This document shows, piece after piece, positions 1 through 9,770 of a DNA stretch of 39,431 nt. The first letter of the stretch is position 1. Every line of letters starts with the position of its first letter. A program made the translations under genes and the position numbers. The notes below the pieces were generated by a model. It was given only the letters and a program-made list of their open reading frames with translations. It had not been told where the DNA came from and made no database searches. The stretch spans positions 1-39,431 of the forward strand of contig JBEBGD010000046.1 in the NCBI GenBank assembly GCA_040081625.1, written 5' to 3'. Source of the stretch: Chthoniobacteraceae bacterium. Its GTDB lineage: Bacteria > Verrucomicrobiota > Verrucomicrobiia > Chthoniobacterales > Chthoniobacteraceae.

Positions 1-1162
1 TCTTCACCGCGTCGGCGCCCATCGCGGTGATGCGCTCGGCGAAGGCCGGGCTGACCCACGGCGCGTCCTGGATCATCCCGCGATACATATCGACGACATA
101 GAGGCAGCCGTCCGGCCCGGTGTGCGTCGAGATGGGCCGGCAGTAGAAATCCTCCGACATGAAGAACTCCGCGTTCTCGTGCGGATTGCGGAGCGTGAGC
201 CGGCCGTCGGCTTCGCGGGCCACGACGCCACGCCGCACCGCGTGGCCGCACGGCTCGGCGAGGAATAGATCGCCGCGGCATTCCGGCAGCGCGTCGCCGC
301 GGTAAATCGAAAGCCCGCACGCGCTGGTCCAGCTTTTCTCGCACACGTCTGCACGGTCGCCGATGGGCTGCGCGCGGTAGGTGAGCTGGAAGGCTTCGTC
401 GGTCTCCGGTCCGAGGCTCGGCCGCGCGAAGCGTTTCCACTTCAGCCGCTCGCCGATGAGGCTCCACTCGTGCCAGGGCTGGTTGAAGCCGCGACCGGGG
501 ATCGAGTTTTGCGAAAAGAAGAGCGTGCCGGTGTCGTCCATGCCCATGCCCCATTGGTTGAACTCCTCGAGCACGCGCTCCGTCTCCCACTTGCCGCGCG
601 TGAAGCGGTGGCGGCGTCCGCCCTGCGCGGTGTAGATCCAGTTGTCGAGATTCCACGTCAGCGCACTGTCCTGATGCTCGACGCTCGCGGACGCGGGATT
701 GCCTTTCCACATCAGCGTCTTCTCGTCGGCCACGCCGTCGCCATCGGTGTCGCGATAGGCGAAGAGGCTCGTGTCGTCGGTCTCCTGCACGAGGATGCGT
801 TCGTCGAGCGCGAGGATCATCCGCGGCAGCAGCAGCCGGTCGATGAAGACGGTCGCGCGATCCATCACGCCGTCGCCGTCGAGATCGACGAGTCGCTTGA
901 TGCGCCCGTTGCGCTCGGTCTTCGTGCCCGTGCCCTTCGTGTCCTGCATGTAGCTGTTCATCTCCGCGACGTAGAGCGCGCCGTCCCCGTCCCATGCGGC
1001 CCACACGGGCTCCTGGATCATCGGCTCCGACGCGATCACTTCCGCGCGATAGCCTGGCGGCAGATGGATGAGCTTCGCCGACTCCGCGGGCGGCAGCGGC
1101 TCGAAGCGATGCACCTGCGCGTGCGCGGCGGCGGAAAGCGCGAGGAGAGTGATGAGCTTCAT
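1..1162 (-). CDS. PVC-type membrane-bound dehydrogenase-like / heme-binding (DUF7133-like beta-propeller) protein, N-terminal part; runs off the window start
   Basis: Manual translation from ATG at 1162: signal peptide MKLITLLALSAAAHA, then PLPPAESAKLIHLPPGYRAEVIASEPMIQEPVWAAWDGDGALYVAEMNSYMQD...RIKRLVDLDGDGVMDRATVFID...DTDGDGVADEK, typical of this PVC family. Not in the ORF track because it has no stop inside the window. Confidence 0.8.
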   Translation of the reverse strand, partial: MKLITLLALSAAAHAQVHRFEPLPPAESAKLIHLPPGYRAEVIASEPMIQEPVWAAWDGDGALYVAEMNSYMQDTKGTGTKTERNGRIKRLVDLDGDGVMDRATVFIDRLLLPRMILALDERILVQETDDTSLFAYRDTDGDGVADEKTLMWKGNPASASVEHQDSALTWNLDNWIYTAQGGRRHRFTRGKWETERVLEEFNQWGMGMDDTGTLFFSQNSIPGRGFNQPWHEWSLIGERLKWKRFARPSLGPETDEAFQLTYRAQPIGDRADVCEKSWTSACGLSIYRGDALPECRGDLFLAEPCGHAVRRGVVAREADGRLTLRNPHENAEFFMSEDFYCRPISTHTGPDGCLYVVDMYRGMIQDAPWVSPAFAERITAMGADAVK

Positions 1163-1258
1163 GGCGCGTGGTTGTAGCATCGCGCCGACGGCGCGCGAGT
1201 CCGGCCTGCCGCCGACGCTTGTTGCCGAGTCGCAAAGGAGCGACTACAACGCGCTCCC

Positions 1259-1591
1259 ATGTTCGACCTCATCAAGAATTCCTACCTCATCTACGGCATC
1301 ATCGTCCTCGCGGCAGCGATCCAGGGCGGCTTCAAAGGCTCCGCTGTTTCCGTCCTCGCGGGCGGCATCCTCGGCGTGCTCATCGTCGCCGGCGGCGCCT
1401 TCCTCGGCGCGAAGCCGGAGCCGAAGCTCACCGCGGGCCTCATCTGCGGGCTCATCGGCGCGCTCGGTGTGGCGGGGAAATTCCTGCCGGACTTCTTCAA
1501 GAAGGGCTATGTCATCTGGCCGGCGGGCGTCCTCGGCTTCCTCGCGGTCGCCTGCGTCGCGCTGTCGATCGCCGGGTTCGTGAAGAAGTAG
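1259..1591 (+). CDS. TMEM14-family small membrane protein
   Basis: 110 aa, Gly-rich hydrophobic helices; YGIIVLAAAIQGGFKGSAVSVLAGGILG and C-terminal WPAGVLG resemble TMEM14. Confidence 0.7.
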   Translation: MFDLIKNSYLIYGIIVLAAAIQGGFKGSAVSVLAGGILGVLIVAGGAFLGAKPEPKLTAGLICGLIGALGVAGKFLPDFFKKGYVIWPAGVLGFLAVACVALSIAGFVKK

Positions 1592-1594
1592 CGC

Positions 1595-2860
1595 GTGGTG
1601 AATCGCGCCTGGCGCATCGTTCTTTGCGGCGCGTTTGCGTTCGCGCTCGCCGGCTGTCCGCGTCCGGTGCCGCCGGAGCCGAAGCCCACGCCCGCGCCCA
1701 CGCCGGAGCCGAAACCCACGCCGACTCCGCCGCCTTACGTGCCGGCCAAGCGCATCGAGTTCGGCAAGGTCTTCAACGGCATGCAATATAAGGTGACGCT
1801 CGAAACCGAGCACGGCACCACGGCGGCGAAGGATCGCACCGACCCGGCCAGCTACACCGCGGAGGTGACCGTGAAAGTCAAAGTGCCCAAGCCGCACAAG
1901 GAACTCGCCGAGATCACCGCGCTCAGCCCGAAGCTTCCCGAGTTGCTGCCGCAGCTGCCGCAGCTACTCGAACGCGCGAACGTGTCGCCGTTCTTCGACG
2001 ACCTCTACCGGCTCAAGGTCGAGCACACGCAGTCGAGGCTCTACCGGCTCGACGTGCTCCTGAGCCGCGCGAACTTCTACGACACCGAGACCATCCTCGA
2101 ACTCCAGCACCCCGAGACCAAGCGCCGCGCGCTGCTCGTGCAGGCCGACATGGACGTGGACGAGGACGGCTCCGACCCCGAGCGCGTGCCGTTCGTCGAT
2201 GGCTCGTCGCTCACGTTCCAGCCGTTCACGAGCTACAATTGGCGGCGAAAGACCGACGCGCCGAATCCCTTCCTCGCCGGTCGCGAGCAGTCGCTCGACA
2301 ACGCGAAGCGCGATCTCGCGGTGCCCGGCCTGAGCGCGGACAAGACCAAGTCGCTCAAGACTCAGATCGAAGATCTCAAGGCCGAGGTCCACAGCCTCAA
2401 GACGTTCAGCTTCCTCGTTGGCGCGATTGATCCATTCATCGTGCTTCCGTTATGCGTCGTGGGAAAGAAGTCCGACTTCTCGCCGCGGACGGGCGACTAC
2501 TGCGTCGTCGTCCACGACGGCACCTTGTTCCCGGCCATCGTGGGCGATGTCGGGCCGACTTACAAAATGGGCGAGGCATCGATGCGCATCTGCAAGGAGA
2601 TCAACGCGCGCTCCAGCTCGATCAACGCCGCGACGAGCGACTTGAAGATCACGTATCTCGTCTTCCCCGGCAGCGGCGACCGTCCCTTCGCCGCGCCCGA
2701 TCTCGCGAAGTGGCGCGAGCAGTGCGCAAAGCTGCTCGCCGAACTCGGCGGCGCGACCGGCGAACTCTTCGCGTGGAAGGACCTCACGACTCCGCCGCCC
2801 CCGCCCGCGACGCCCGCTCCGTCGGCTGCCACGCCAACGCCGGTGCCGGCTCAGAAATGA
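1595..2860 (+). CDS. Lipoprotein with glycoside hydrolase family 75 (chitosanase-like) domain
   Basis: Lipobox LAGC, Pro/Thr linkers, motifs DMDVDEDG, PFIVLP, GDYCVVV...AIVGDVGP...GEAS. Start may be 1595 or 1598. Confidence 0.7.
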   Translation: MVNRAWRIVLCGAFAFALAGCPRPVPPEPKPTPAPTPEPKPTPTPPPYVPAKRIEFGKVFNGMQYKVTLETEHGTTAAKDRTDPASYTAEVTVKVKVPKPHKELAEITALSPKLPELLPQLPQLLERANVSPFFDDLYRLKVEHTQSRLYRLDVLLSRANFYDTETILELQHPETKRRALLVQADMDVDEDGSDPERVPFVDGSSLTFQPFTSYNWRRKTDAPNPFLAGREQSLDNAKRDLAVPGLSADKTKSLKTQIEDLKAEVHSLKTFSFLVGAIDPFIVLPLCVVGKKSDFSPRTGDYCVVVHDGTLFPAIVGDVGPTYKMGEASMRICKEINARSSSINAATSDLKITYLVFPGSGDRPFAAPDLAKWREQCAKLLAELGGATGELFAWKDLTTPPPPPATPAPSAATPTPVPAQK

Positions 2861-2862
2861 AA

Positions 2863-2889
2863 CGCCGCCCGGCTGACCACCGGGCGGCG
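2863..2889. terminator. GC-rich hairpin between convergent genes, probable terminator
   Basis: CGCCGCCCGG-ctgacca-CCGGGCGGCG: perfect 10-bp stem between the stops at 2860 and 2916; short T run on the minus strand. Confidence 0.65.
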
Positions 2890-2915
2890 CTCCGAACCAA
2901 ACAAGGCGTGTTCCG

Positions 2916-4397
2916 TTAGAAGGTCATCTTCACTTGCACGTAGCCAAAGTCGGCGTCGTCGCTCGGGCCGGTGTCGGCGAGGTAATCGCCGGCGAAGAAG
3001 TGCGAGTAGCCGGCTTCGACTTGCAGCCACTTGTTCACGTTCCACGTCACGGTCAGGTCGGCCTCGGAGCCGCCGTAGTTGCCCGCGGCGCGCGCGGCGG
3101 CGTTGAGCGGGCGCACGGTGGCGACGCCGTTGGCGCGATACCACGCGTCGTCGGTCGTCTCGAGCCAGAAGGCGTGATACTCGGCCTTGATCGTCACGGC
3201 TTTGAGCGGCTGCACTTTCACGCTGAACTCGAGGTCGTGGATGTTCTGCCACGAGAAGACGTCCATCTGGCCGTAGAACTTGTGGTTCGTCGGGAAGAGG
3301 TTTTGGAACGTCTGGATCTCGCGATCGGCCGGGTCGTCGTCGCCGGTGCCGAAGTTGTAGGCGACGCCGAGCCGCGGCAGCCATGACGCGTCGAACGTGT
3401 AGCCCGCGCCGGCGTGGACGGCGAACGCGGTGAGGTCCATGCCGCGCACGTTGCCGGTCTGGAACGCGAACTCGCCATCGTAATCGAAGCCGACCGGCTT
3501 CGGCGGTTTCGGCGCGACGGCGGTCTTGCCGTCCTTGCTCAGCGCGGTGTCTTCGCGCGGGGCGAAGGCGCCGGGCTTGGATTTCACGCGCGCGCCGAAG
3601 GTGAAGAAGTTCGTATCGCCGAGCGGATTCGATTGGTAATCGGGCCCGTTGTTTTCGTGCAGGTGGAGCACGTAGAGATCGGTCGTCTGCACCGGGATCG
3701 CTGTGGTGCTGAAATACAGGCCGCTGAAGATCTGCTGACGATCGCTCTCGGTGCCGTTGTAGAAGTCCGACTGATTGTAGCTGGCGCGCTCGGGCACGAC
3801 GACGCTCGCGGCGAAGGCATCGAGCGACCACGTCTTCTCCTCCCAGCGCAGCTTCGCGGCGTCGAAGGTGCGCCCGATGTTGTTCCAGTCGAATGCGCCG
3901 ATGACGCGCTCATCGCCGTAGCTGAGGACCTGGCGGCCGAGCTTGAGCGTAAGCGGAAACGCCTTCACGTCGCCGAACTCGACCCACGCCTGCCGGAGGT
4001 CGAAGCTGTCGTCGCCCTCGGCGGCGAGGAGCCCGGGAAAGTCGGCGCGGTCCGAGTTGATCTCTCGCGAGTCCTGCGCCTGCACATAGACCTTCAGCCA
4101 GTCGGCGACGGCCAGCTTCATGCCGATCCGCGCGCGCTGGAGGAACCAGTTGTCGTCGGTCGGGACGTTAACCGCGTCGTTGAAGTCGAAGTTGTTGTCG
4201 CGAATCTCCCATCGGAAGCGCTCCTCGAGGTCGAAGCAGAGTCGGCCGTCGAGGAAGCAGAGCGGATTGGCCGGCGGCTTCGGTTCGAGGACGACTTTTT
4301 TTCCGGCGGCTCCATCGCCCGCGATGGAGATGAGTGGGCTTCCGGCAAGGAGCGCCGCTGCAAGCAGCGCTCCGCGTATTGTGCGATGTGGTTTCAT
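2916..4397 (-). CDS. Alginate-export (AlgE-like) outer-membrane porin associated with the nitrate-type ABC operon
   Basis: Signal peptide from MKPHRTIRG; motifs LKLGRQVLSYGDERVIG..DWNNIGRTFDA and TFQNLFPTNHKFYG; C-terminal Phe. Alternative start at 4421. Confidence 0.85.
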   Translation of the reverse strand: MKPHRTIRGALLAAALLAGSPLISIAGDGAAGKKVVLEPKPPANPLCFLDGRLCFDLEERFRWEIRDNNFDFNDAVNVPTDDNWFLQRARIGMKLAVADWLKVYVQAQDSREINSDRADFPGLLAAEGDDSFDLRQAWVEFGDVKAFPLTLKLGRQVLSYGDERVIGAFDWNNIGRTFDAAKLRWEEKTWSLDAFAASVVVPERASYNQSDFYNGTESDRQQIFSGLYFSTTAIPVQTTDLYVLHLHENNGPDYQSNPLGDTNFFTFGARVKSKPGAFAPREDTALSKDGKTAVAPKPPKPVGFDYDGEFAFQTGNVRGMDLTAFAVHAGAGYTFDASWLPRLGVAYNFGTGDDDPADREIQTFQNLFPTNHKFYGQMDVFSWQNIHDLEFSVKVQPLKAVTIKAEYHAFWLETTDDAWYRANGVATVRPLNAAARAAGNYGGSEADLTVTWNVNKWLQVEAGYSHFFAGDYLADTGPSDDADFGYVQVKMTF

Positions 4398-4431
4398 GGT
4401 TTGGTTGGGTTGTTGGGTCATGTGGTTGGAG

Positions 4432-5292
4432 TCAGGCGGGAGCAGTCGCCGCCGAGCCGGATACAGACTCGGCGGCGTCAGCACCGGCTTCTGCGTTTCC
4501 GCCGAGCGGTTGGCGATGCGCGCGGTGCTCAAGAAAGCTGATGAGTTCGTGCCGCAGGCGCGGGTAGTCAGAGTGTTCCATCACCGCCTTGCGATCGCGC
4601 GGACGCTCGAAGGGCACGGTGAGGATTTCGCCGACCGTCGCCTCGGGTCCATCGGTCATGCACACCACGCGGTCGCTGAGGTAGAGCGCCTCGTCAACGT
4701 CGTGCGTGACCATCATCGCGGTGATGCGCTCCTTGCGCCACAGTGCGAGCAGCACGGCTTGGAGTTCGTAGCGCGTGAGCGAGTCGAGCATCCCGAAGGG
4801 CTCGTCGAGCAGCAGCATCTTCGGCTTGAGCGCGAAGGCGCGGGCGATGCCGACACGCTGGCGCATGCCTTGGGAAAGCTCGGCGGGATATTTGTCCATC
4901 GCATCGCCGAGGCCCACGACGGTGAGGTAATACTCCGCGATCTGCCGGCGCTCTTCCTTCGTCCCGGTGAAGAAGACCTGCTCGACTCCGAGCATCACAT
5001 TTTCGAATGCGGTCATCCACGGCAGCAGCGAGGGCGACTGGAAGACGATGCCGCGATCCGGGCCCGCGCCGGCGATTTCCTTGCCGCCGATCACGATCAC
5101 GCCCTCGGTGATCTCCGTGAGCCCGGCGAGCATCATGAGCTGCGTGCTTTTGCCGCAGCCGGAGTGGCCGATCACGGTCACGAATTCGCCCTTTGCGATC
5201 TTGAGGTTGAAGTCCTTCACGATCACCGCCTCGCCGCCGCCGGGCTTCGGGTAGGACTTCATCAACTGCGAGATCTCGACGTAGGCGCTCAT
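4432..5292 (-). CDS. nrtD: Nitrate/nitrite-type ABC transporter ATP-binding protein (NrtD-like)
   Basis: Walker [19 protein letters not shown], signature LSQGMRQRV, Walker [12 protein letters not shown]. Confidence 0.88.
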   Translation of the reverse strand: MSAYVEISQLMKSYPKPGGGEAVIVKDFNLKIAKGEFVTVIGHSGCGKSTQLMMLAGLTEITEGVIVIGGKEIAGAGPDRGIVFQSPSLLPWMTAFENVMLGVEQVFFTGTKEERRQIAEYYLTVVGLGDAMDKYPAELSQGMRQRVGIARAFALKPKMLLLDEPFGMLDSLTRYELQAVLLALWRKERITAMMVTHDVDEALYLSDRVVCMTDGPEATVGEILTVPFERPRDRKAVMEHSDYPRLRHELISFLEHRAHRQPLGGNAEAGADAAESVSGSAATAPA

Positions 5293-6200
5293 AGTTCGAC
5301 CTCCACCTTGACGACCTGTTTTTCGCCCGGGCGCTTCGCCTTTCGCTTCGCGCCGAACAACGCGCGCGAGGTGGTGATCGAGATGTCCTCGGGTTGAATG
5401 TCGGGCAGCACGAGCTTCTTCGTCAGCGCGGCGGTGGGTGTTTTCTTCGAGCCTAGAAGTTGGTCCACGATCTCGTTGCGCAGCCGCTTGAACTCGCGGT
5501 CTTCGAGCAGTGTGCGGCGGTCGCGAGGACGCTCGAGATGCACCGGGATCGACTCGAGCAGCGTCGCGCCCGGCCCGGCCGAGAGCGGAATCACGCGATC
5601 GGCGAGCAGCAGCGCCTCGTCCGGGTCATTCGTCACAAGCACGACCGTCTTGCGCGACTCCTGCCAGATGCGGCTGATCTCGTCCTGCAAGCTCGCGCGG
5701 GTGAGGGCATCGAGCGCGCTGAGCGGTTCGTCGAGCAGCAGGATGTGCGGCTCGAGCGCGAGCGTGCGGGCGACCGACACGCGCTGGCGCATCCCGCCGG
5801 AAAGTTCGCGAGGCACTTTGTTCCGCGCCGGCTCGAGGTTCACCATGCGGATGTATTTCTCCGTGTGCTTGCGCCGCTCGTCGGCGGTCCACTGCGGGAA
5901 GACCTGGTCCACCGCGAGCGCGACGTTTTCATACACGGTCAGCCACGGAAGCAGGCTGTAGTTCTGGAAGACGATGCCGCGATCCGGCCCCGGCCCGGCG
6001 ATCTCGCGGCCTTCGAGCTTCACCGTGCCGTGGTCGGGCTTGATCAGCCCCGCGAGCAGCGACATGAGCGTCGTCTTGCCCGAGCCTGAGTAGCCGATGA
6101 TCGCGACGAACTCGCCCTCCTCGATCGAGAGGTCGATGTTCGCGAGCACATGCGCGCCGGCGTAGCTTTTGCGGACGTTGTGGACTTCGAGGAATGACAT
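5289..6200 (-). CDS. nrtC: Nitrate/nitrite-type ABC transporter ATP-binding protein (NrtC-like, ATPase domain only)
   Basis: Real start [13 protein letters not shown] at 6200, overlapping the permease stop; [41 protein letters not shown]. Confidence 0.85.
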   Translation of the reverse strand: MSFLEVHNVRKSYAGAHVLANIDLSIEEGEFVAIIGYSGSGKTTLMSLLAGLIKPDHGTVKLEGREIAGPGPDRGIVFQNYSLLPWLTVYENVALAVDQVFPQWTADERRKHTEKYIRMVNLEPARNKVPRELSGGMRQRVSVARTLALEPHILLLDEPLSALDALTRASLQDEISRIWQESRKTVVLVTNDPDEALLLADRVIPLSAGPGATLLESIPVHLERPRDRRTLLEDREFKRLRNEIVDQLLGSKKTPTAALTKKLVLPDIQPEDISITTSRALFGAKRKAKRPGEKQVVKVEVEL

Positions 6201-7075
6201 CAGGCGGTCTTGAAGCGCGCTTCCACGAGCGACATCAGCCGGTCGAGCACGAAGCCGACGACGCCGATGGTGAGGATGCAGAGGATGATGTGCGCGTAGC
6301 TGAGCGCGTTGTATTGCTGCCAGAGAAAGCCGCCGATGCCGGGTTTGCCCGTGAGCATCTCGGCGGCGACGATCACCAGCCACGCGATGCCGAGCGAGAG
6401 CCGGAAGCCGGTGAACATGTAGGGCAGCGTCGCGGGCACGAGCACCTTGAAGAGCGTCTTGGTCTTCGAGAGTTTCAGCACGCGCGCCACGTTCAGGTAG
6501 TCCTGCGGGATCGCGCGCACGCCGACCGCAGTGTTGAGCACCGTGGGCCACATCGAGCAGATGGCGATGGTGAAGAGCGCCGCGAGTTCGGAGGCCGTGT
6601 AGATATAGCCGCTGATGGGGATCGTGACCTTCGCGCTGAGGAAGAGCACCATGCCGAGCGGCAGCCACGCGAGTGGTGAAACCGGGCGCAGGATCTGGAT
6701 GATCGGGTCGCAGACCTTCGCGAACGTCTTCGACAGCCCGAGGCAGAAGCCGAGCGGCGTCCCGAGCAGCAGCGCGATGACGTAGCCTTGCGCGACCAGC
6801 TTCAACGACAGCCACGTGAAGGCGAGGATGCCCTGGTCGAGTTCGCCGCGCTTGGCGAAGGGCTTCACGATGTATTCGCGGCTGGCCGTCCACGTCTCGG
6901 CCGGCGTCGGCAGTTCGGCGGAGAGGCCTTCGCGTTTGGTGATCGTGACGACATCGCCCCAGTCGTCCTTCGTCTGCGTGATGGTGGACTTGCCCGCGAT
7001 GATCCACCAGACGAGCACGCAGAAGGCGATGCCGATGAATGGCAGCAACAGGGATTCGAGTTTGGACTTGTTCAT
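6200..7075 (-). CDS. nrtB: Nitrate/nitrite-type ABC transporter permease (NrtB-like)
   Basis: DPIIQILRPVSPLAWLP, WPTVLNTAVGVRAIPQDYLNVARVL, GFRLSLGIAWLVIVAAEML. Confidence 0.9.
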   Translation of the reverse strand: MNKSKLESLLLPFIGIAFCVLVWWIIAGKSTITQTKDDWGDVVTITKREGLSAELPTPAETWTASREYIVKPFAKRGELDQGILAFTWLSLKLVAQGYVIALLLGTPLGFCLGLSKTFAKVCDPIIQILRPVSPLAWLPLGMVLFLSAKVTIPISGYIYTASELAALFTIAICSMWPTVLNTAVGVRAIPQDYLNVARVLKLSKTKTLFKVLVPATLPYMFTGFRLSLGIAWLVIVAAEMLTGKPGIGGFLWQQYNALSYAHIILCILTIGVVGFVLDRLMSLVEARFKTA

Positions 7076-7078
7076 GGT

Positions 7079-7333
7079 TTAGCTGGCGATGTTGTTTTTC
7101 TCTGCCCACGTGCTGGCCGCGGAGACGAGAGCGACGCTGAAGGTGACAAGCGGACTGATGATGGTTTTCACGAGGATCGTGGCGTTGACCGTGTGGGAGA
7201 CCCAGTAGTCGCCCTGGTTGAGCACCGCCTGCAGCACGCCGACGCTGAGGCCGAGCGTCGCAGCGCGCTTCCACACGGAGGGCTGCTGCAAAGCGAGCGA
7301 CCACAGGCGACGGCGGTTGCGAGGAGTGCTCAT
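7079..7333 (-). CDS. nrtS: Small NrtS-like nitrate/nitrite transporter protein
   Basis: 84 aa from MSTPRNRRR; RAATLGLSVGVLQAVLNQGD...KTIISPLVTFSVA matches the NrtS pattern (VG..L..INQGD...K..L..LVP..V). Lies between nrtA and nrtB. Confidence 0.65.
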   Translation of the reverse strand: MSTPRNRRRLWSLALQQPSVWKRAATLGLSVGVLQAVLNQGDYWVSHTVNATILVKTIISPLVTFSVALVSAASTWAEKNNIAS

Positions 7334-7341
7334 CGACGGAA

Positions 7342-8622
7342 TCAGCCCTTGATGCTGTTGACGGCGGCGCTCTTCGCGAACGCGTCGAGATCGCTCTTTG
7401 GATCGAAGGTCACGCCGTCGAACAACGTCTCCGGCTTGTCGTCCGCGCCGCCGTGGGCGTAGCCGATCTCCTTCATCGCCTCCTCGTAGATGTCGGGGCG
7501 CATCACTTCCTTCGTCACGCCTTCGTAGTCCGGCGCGCCTTCGGTGAAGCCCCAGCGACGGAGCTGCGTGAGCCACCACTTGCAGAACTTCGGCTGCGGA
7601 TAGTTGCAGTTCCGGTCGCTGAAAATCATGTAGTCCGGGTCGCGGAATTTCCGCCCGTCGCCCATGTCGTATTTGCCCTGCAAACGGCCGAGGATGACTT
7701 CCGGCGGGCAGTTGATGTAGGTCGGCGCGCTGACGATCTGCGCCTGCTCCGGGCGGTTCTCCATCTTGTCGAGCCACACGCTCGCCTCGTGCAGGCCTTT
7801 CAGCACCGCCTTCACCGTCTTCGGGTTCTTGTCGGCAAACTCCGCGGTGAACGCGCACACCTTCTCGGGATGATCCTTCCAAATTCCCTGCGTGTTGATC
7901 GCCGTGAAGCCGATCTCTTTCGAGATCGTCAGCGCATTCCACGGCTCGCCCACGCAGAAGCCGTCCATCTTTCCGGCCTGCATGTTCGAGACCATCTGCG
8001 GCGGCGGCACCGTGATGAGGGAAATGTCAGCGCCACCTCCCTGCGCGTCGCCCGGATGAATGCCACCCGCCGCGAGGTAGTAGCGCATCCACATCGCGTG
8101 CGTGCCGGGCGGAAAGGTCATCGCAAACGTCATCGGCGTGCCCGCGGCCTTCGCCTTGTCGGCGAGCGGCTTCAGCGCCTTCGGGTCGTCCCTCACGATG
8201 CCTTTGAGCTCCTTCTTGAGCGTGATCGATTGACCGTTCCGATTCAGCAGCCACGGCGCGATCATCGGCTTCTTCGGTGAACCGCCGAGGCCCATCGTGG
8301 AGGCGATCGGCATCCCGATCAGCATGTGCGTCGCCTGGTTGTCGCCGTTGCTGAGCGAGTCGCGGATCGCCGCCCAGTTCGCGCCCTTCGCCACGGTCGC
8401 GTTGATGCCATACTTTTTGAAGAACCCCTTCTCGTGCGCGACGACGATCGGCGAGCAGTCGGTCAGCGCGATGATGCCGAACTTCATGTCCGGCGTCTCC
8501 GGTGCGTCGCTGGCGAAGGCCGAGCCGACCCAGCCGCGCGGCAACCCGCCGAGCAATGCGGCGAGGGCGGTGGCCTTGGTGGTCTTGGTGAGGAACGTGC
8601 GGCGTGTGTGGGTGTGGTTCAT
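7342..8622 (-). CDS. nrtA: CmpA/NrtA-family periplasmic substrate-binding protein with Tat signal
   Basis: TRRTFL twin-arginine motif; FGIIALTDCSPIVVAHEKGFF, FAMTFPPGTHAMW, DGFCVGEPWN, DHPEKV. Confidence 0.88.
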   Translation of the reverse strand: MNHTHTRRTFLTKTTKATALAALLGGLPRGWVGSAFASDAPETPDMKFGIIALTDCSPIVVAHEKGFFKKYGINATVAKGANWAAIRDSLSNGDNQATHMLIGMPIASTMGLGGSPKKPMIAPWLLNRNGQSITLKKELKGIVRDDPKALKPLADKAKAAGTPMTFAMTFPPGTHAMWMRYYLAAGGIHPGDAQGGGADISLITVPPPQMVSNMQAGKMDGFCVGEPWNALTISKEIGFTAINTQGIWKDHPEKVCAFTAEFADKNPKTVKAVLKGLHEASVWLDKMENRPEQAQIVSAPTYINCPPEVILGRLQGKYDMGDGRKFRDPDYMIFSDRNCNYPQPKFCKWWLTQLRRWGFTEGAPDYEGVTKEVMRPDIYEEAMKEIGYAHGGADDKPETLFDGVTFDPKSDLDAFAKSAAVNSIKG

Positions 8623-9704
8623 GGTGTGATGAGTTGTTGGGCTTGGTGAAAAATGTCGGCGCGGAAACAGCGCTCCGCGGTTCCGGCCTCGATGAGGGCG
8701 GGGTCGGCGATGGCACCGGAGCGGACGAGGTTTGAGATGACCCACTCAGCCTTTGCCGGGTCTGGTTCGTTCGCGTTGCCGGAGTGGAAGACGTGCTGGC
8801 TGCCGGTCTTCTCGATCCGTTCGTTTCCGTAGTCGAACGTGCCGCCAAGGCTCATCCGCACGGCCTGGATCGGCGCGTTGACGAACTGCGGCTGCGCGAG
8901 CGTCTCGATCACGCGCTCGCGATTCTCCGGCGCGTCGCAGAAGCGGCACGCTTCGATCAGCGCGGCGACGAGCGCGAGGTGTTCGTCCTCCCGGGCGCTC
9001 GCGAACTCCTCCCGGACCATCAGCACTTTCTCCGGGTGCCCCGGCTCGAGCTCCGCGCTCGTCGCGGCGACCCATCCGGTGCGCGACATCACCGCGATGG
9101 AGTTCCACGGCTCGCCGACGCAGTAGCCGTCGAGGTGCCCGGCCTTGAGGTTCGAGTGGACCTGCGCCGGCGGCACGACCACGAGTTGCACATCTCGATC
9201 GGGATCGATGCGGTGCGAACGCAGCCAGTTGCGCAGCATGAAGCCGTGCGAGGAATACGGATAGACGATGCCGAAGGTCGGGCGTTCGGGTGCGCCGTGG
9301 ATGTAGTCGCGCAAAGTCAGGCCATCGCGGACGCCACGTTCCCAGAGCGTCTGCGAGAGCGTGATCGCGTTGCCGTGCAGGTTCAGCACGAGGCCTGTGA
9401 CGCAGGGCGTCTGCACGGCGCCGATGCCGGAGCTGACAGCAACGAGCATCCCGGCCGGCGCGTGCGCGGCATCGAGTTCTCCCTGGATGATCTTGTCGCG
9501 AATCGTCGCCCAGCCGACTTCACGCGTGAGCACCGCGTCGATCCCGAGCCGGGCAAAGAGTCCTAGCTCGTGCGCCATGACCAGCGGCGCGCAGTCGGTC
9601 AGTGCTGTGAAGCCGACCCGGAGCTGTTGATGGCGTGAGTGTTTTGGTTTGCGCACGAGTGTTCGAAAAACTGTCGGGCGCCCCGTTAGCCGCGTGCGTG
9701 CCAT
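8619..9704 (-). CDS. Cytoplasmic CmpA/NrtA-like protein (NasS-like sensor / stand-alone NrtC regulatory domain)
   Basis: LRVGFTALTDCAPLVMA, YPYSSHGFMLRNWL, DGYCVGEPWN, HPEKVL; no hydrophobic signal peptide. Start 9704 or 9746. Confidence 0.8.
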   Translation of the reverse strand: MARTRLTGRPTVFRTLVRKPKHSRHQQLRVGFTALTDCAPLVMAHELGLFARLGIDAVLTREVGWATIRDKIIQGELDAAHAPAGMLVAVSSGIGAVQTPCVTGLVLNLHGNAITLSQTLWERGVRDGLTLRDYIHGAPERPTFGIVYPYSSHGFMLRNWLRSHRIDPDRDVQLVVVPPAQVHSNLKAGHLDGYCVGEPWNSIAVMSRTGWVAATSAELEPGHPEKVLMVREEFASAREDEHLALVAALIEACRFCDAPENRERVIETLAQPQFVNAPIQAVRMSLGGTFDYGNERIEKTGSQHVFHSGNANEPDPAKAEWVISNLVRSGAIADPALIEAGTAERCFRADIFHQAQQLITP

Positions 9705-9733
9705 TCGTGCCGCGGATGATGGAATTAGCGGCT

Positions 9734-9768
9734 TGAAAGATTTCATCTGGTGAATGAAACGAGTTCAT
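9734..9768. promoter_or_regulatory. Candidate LysR binding sites in the divergent promoter
   Basis: ATGAA-acgag-TTCAT (9754-9768) and TTCA-tctgg-TGAA (9742-9754) both fit T-N11-A dyads; TGAAA-ga-TTTCA at 9734-9745. Confidence 0.6.
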
Positions 9769-9770
9769 AC

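Noticed and set aside
5289..7304. 671-aa ORF as a fused ABC protein
   Set aside because: The first ~368 residues are an off-frame shadow of nrtS/nrtB; the real gene starts at 6200.
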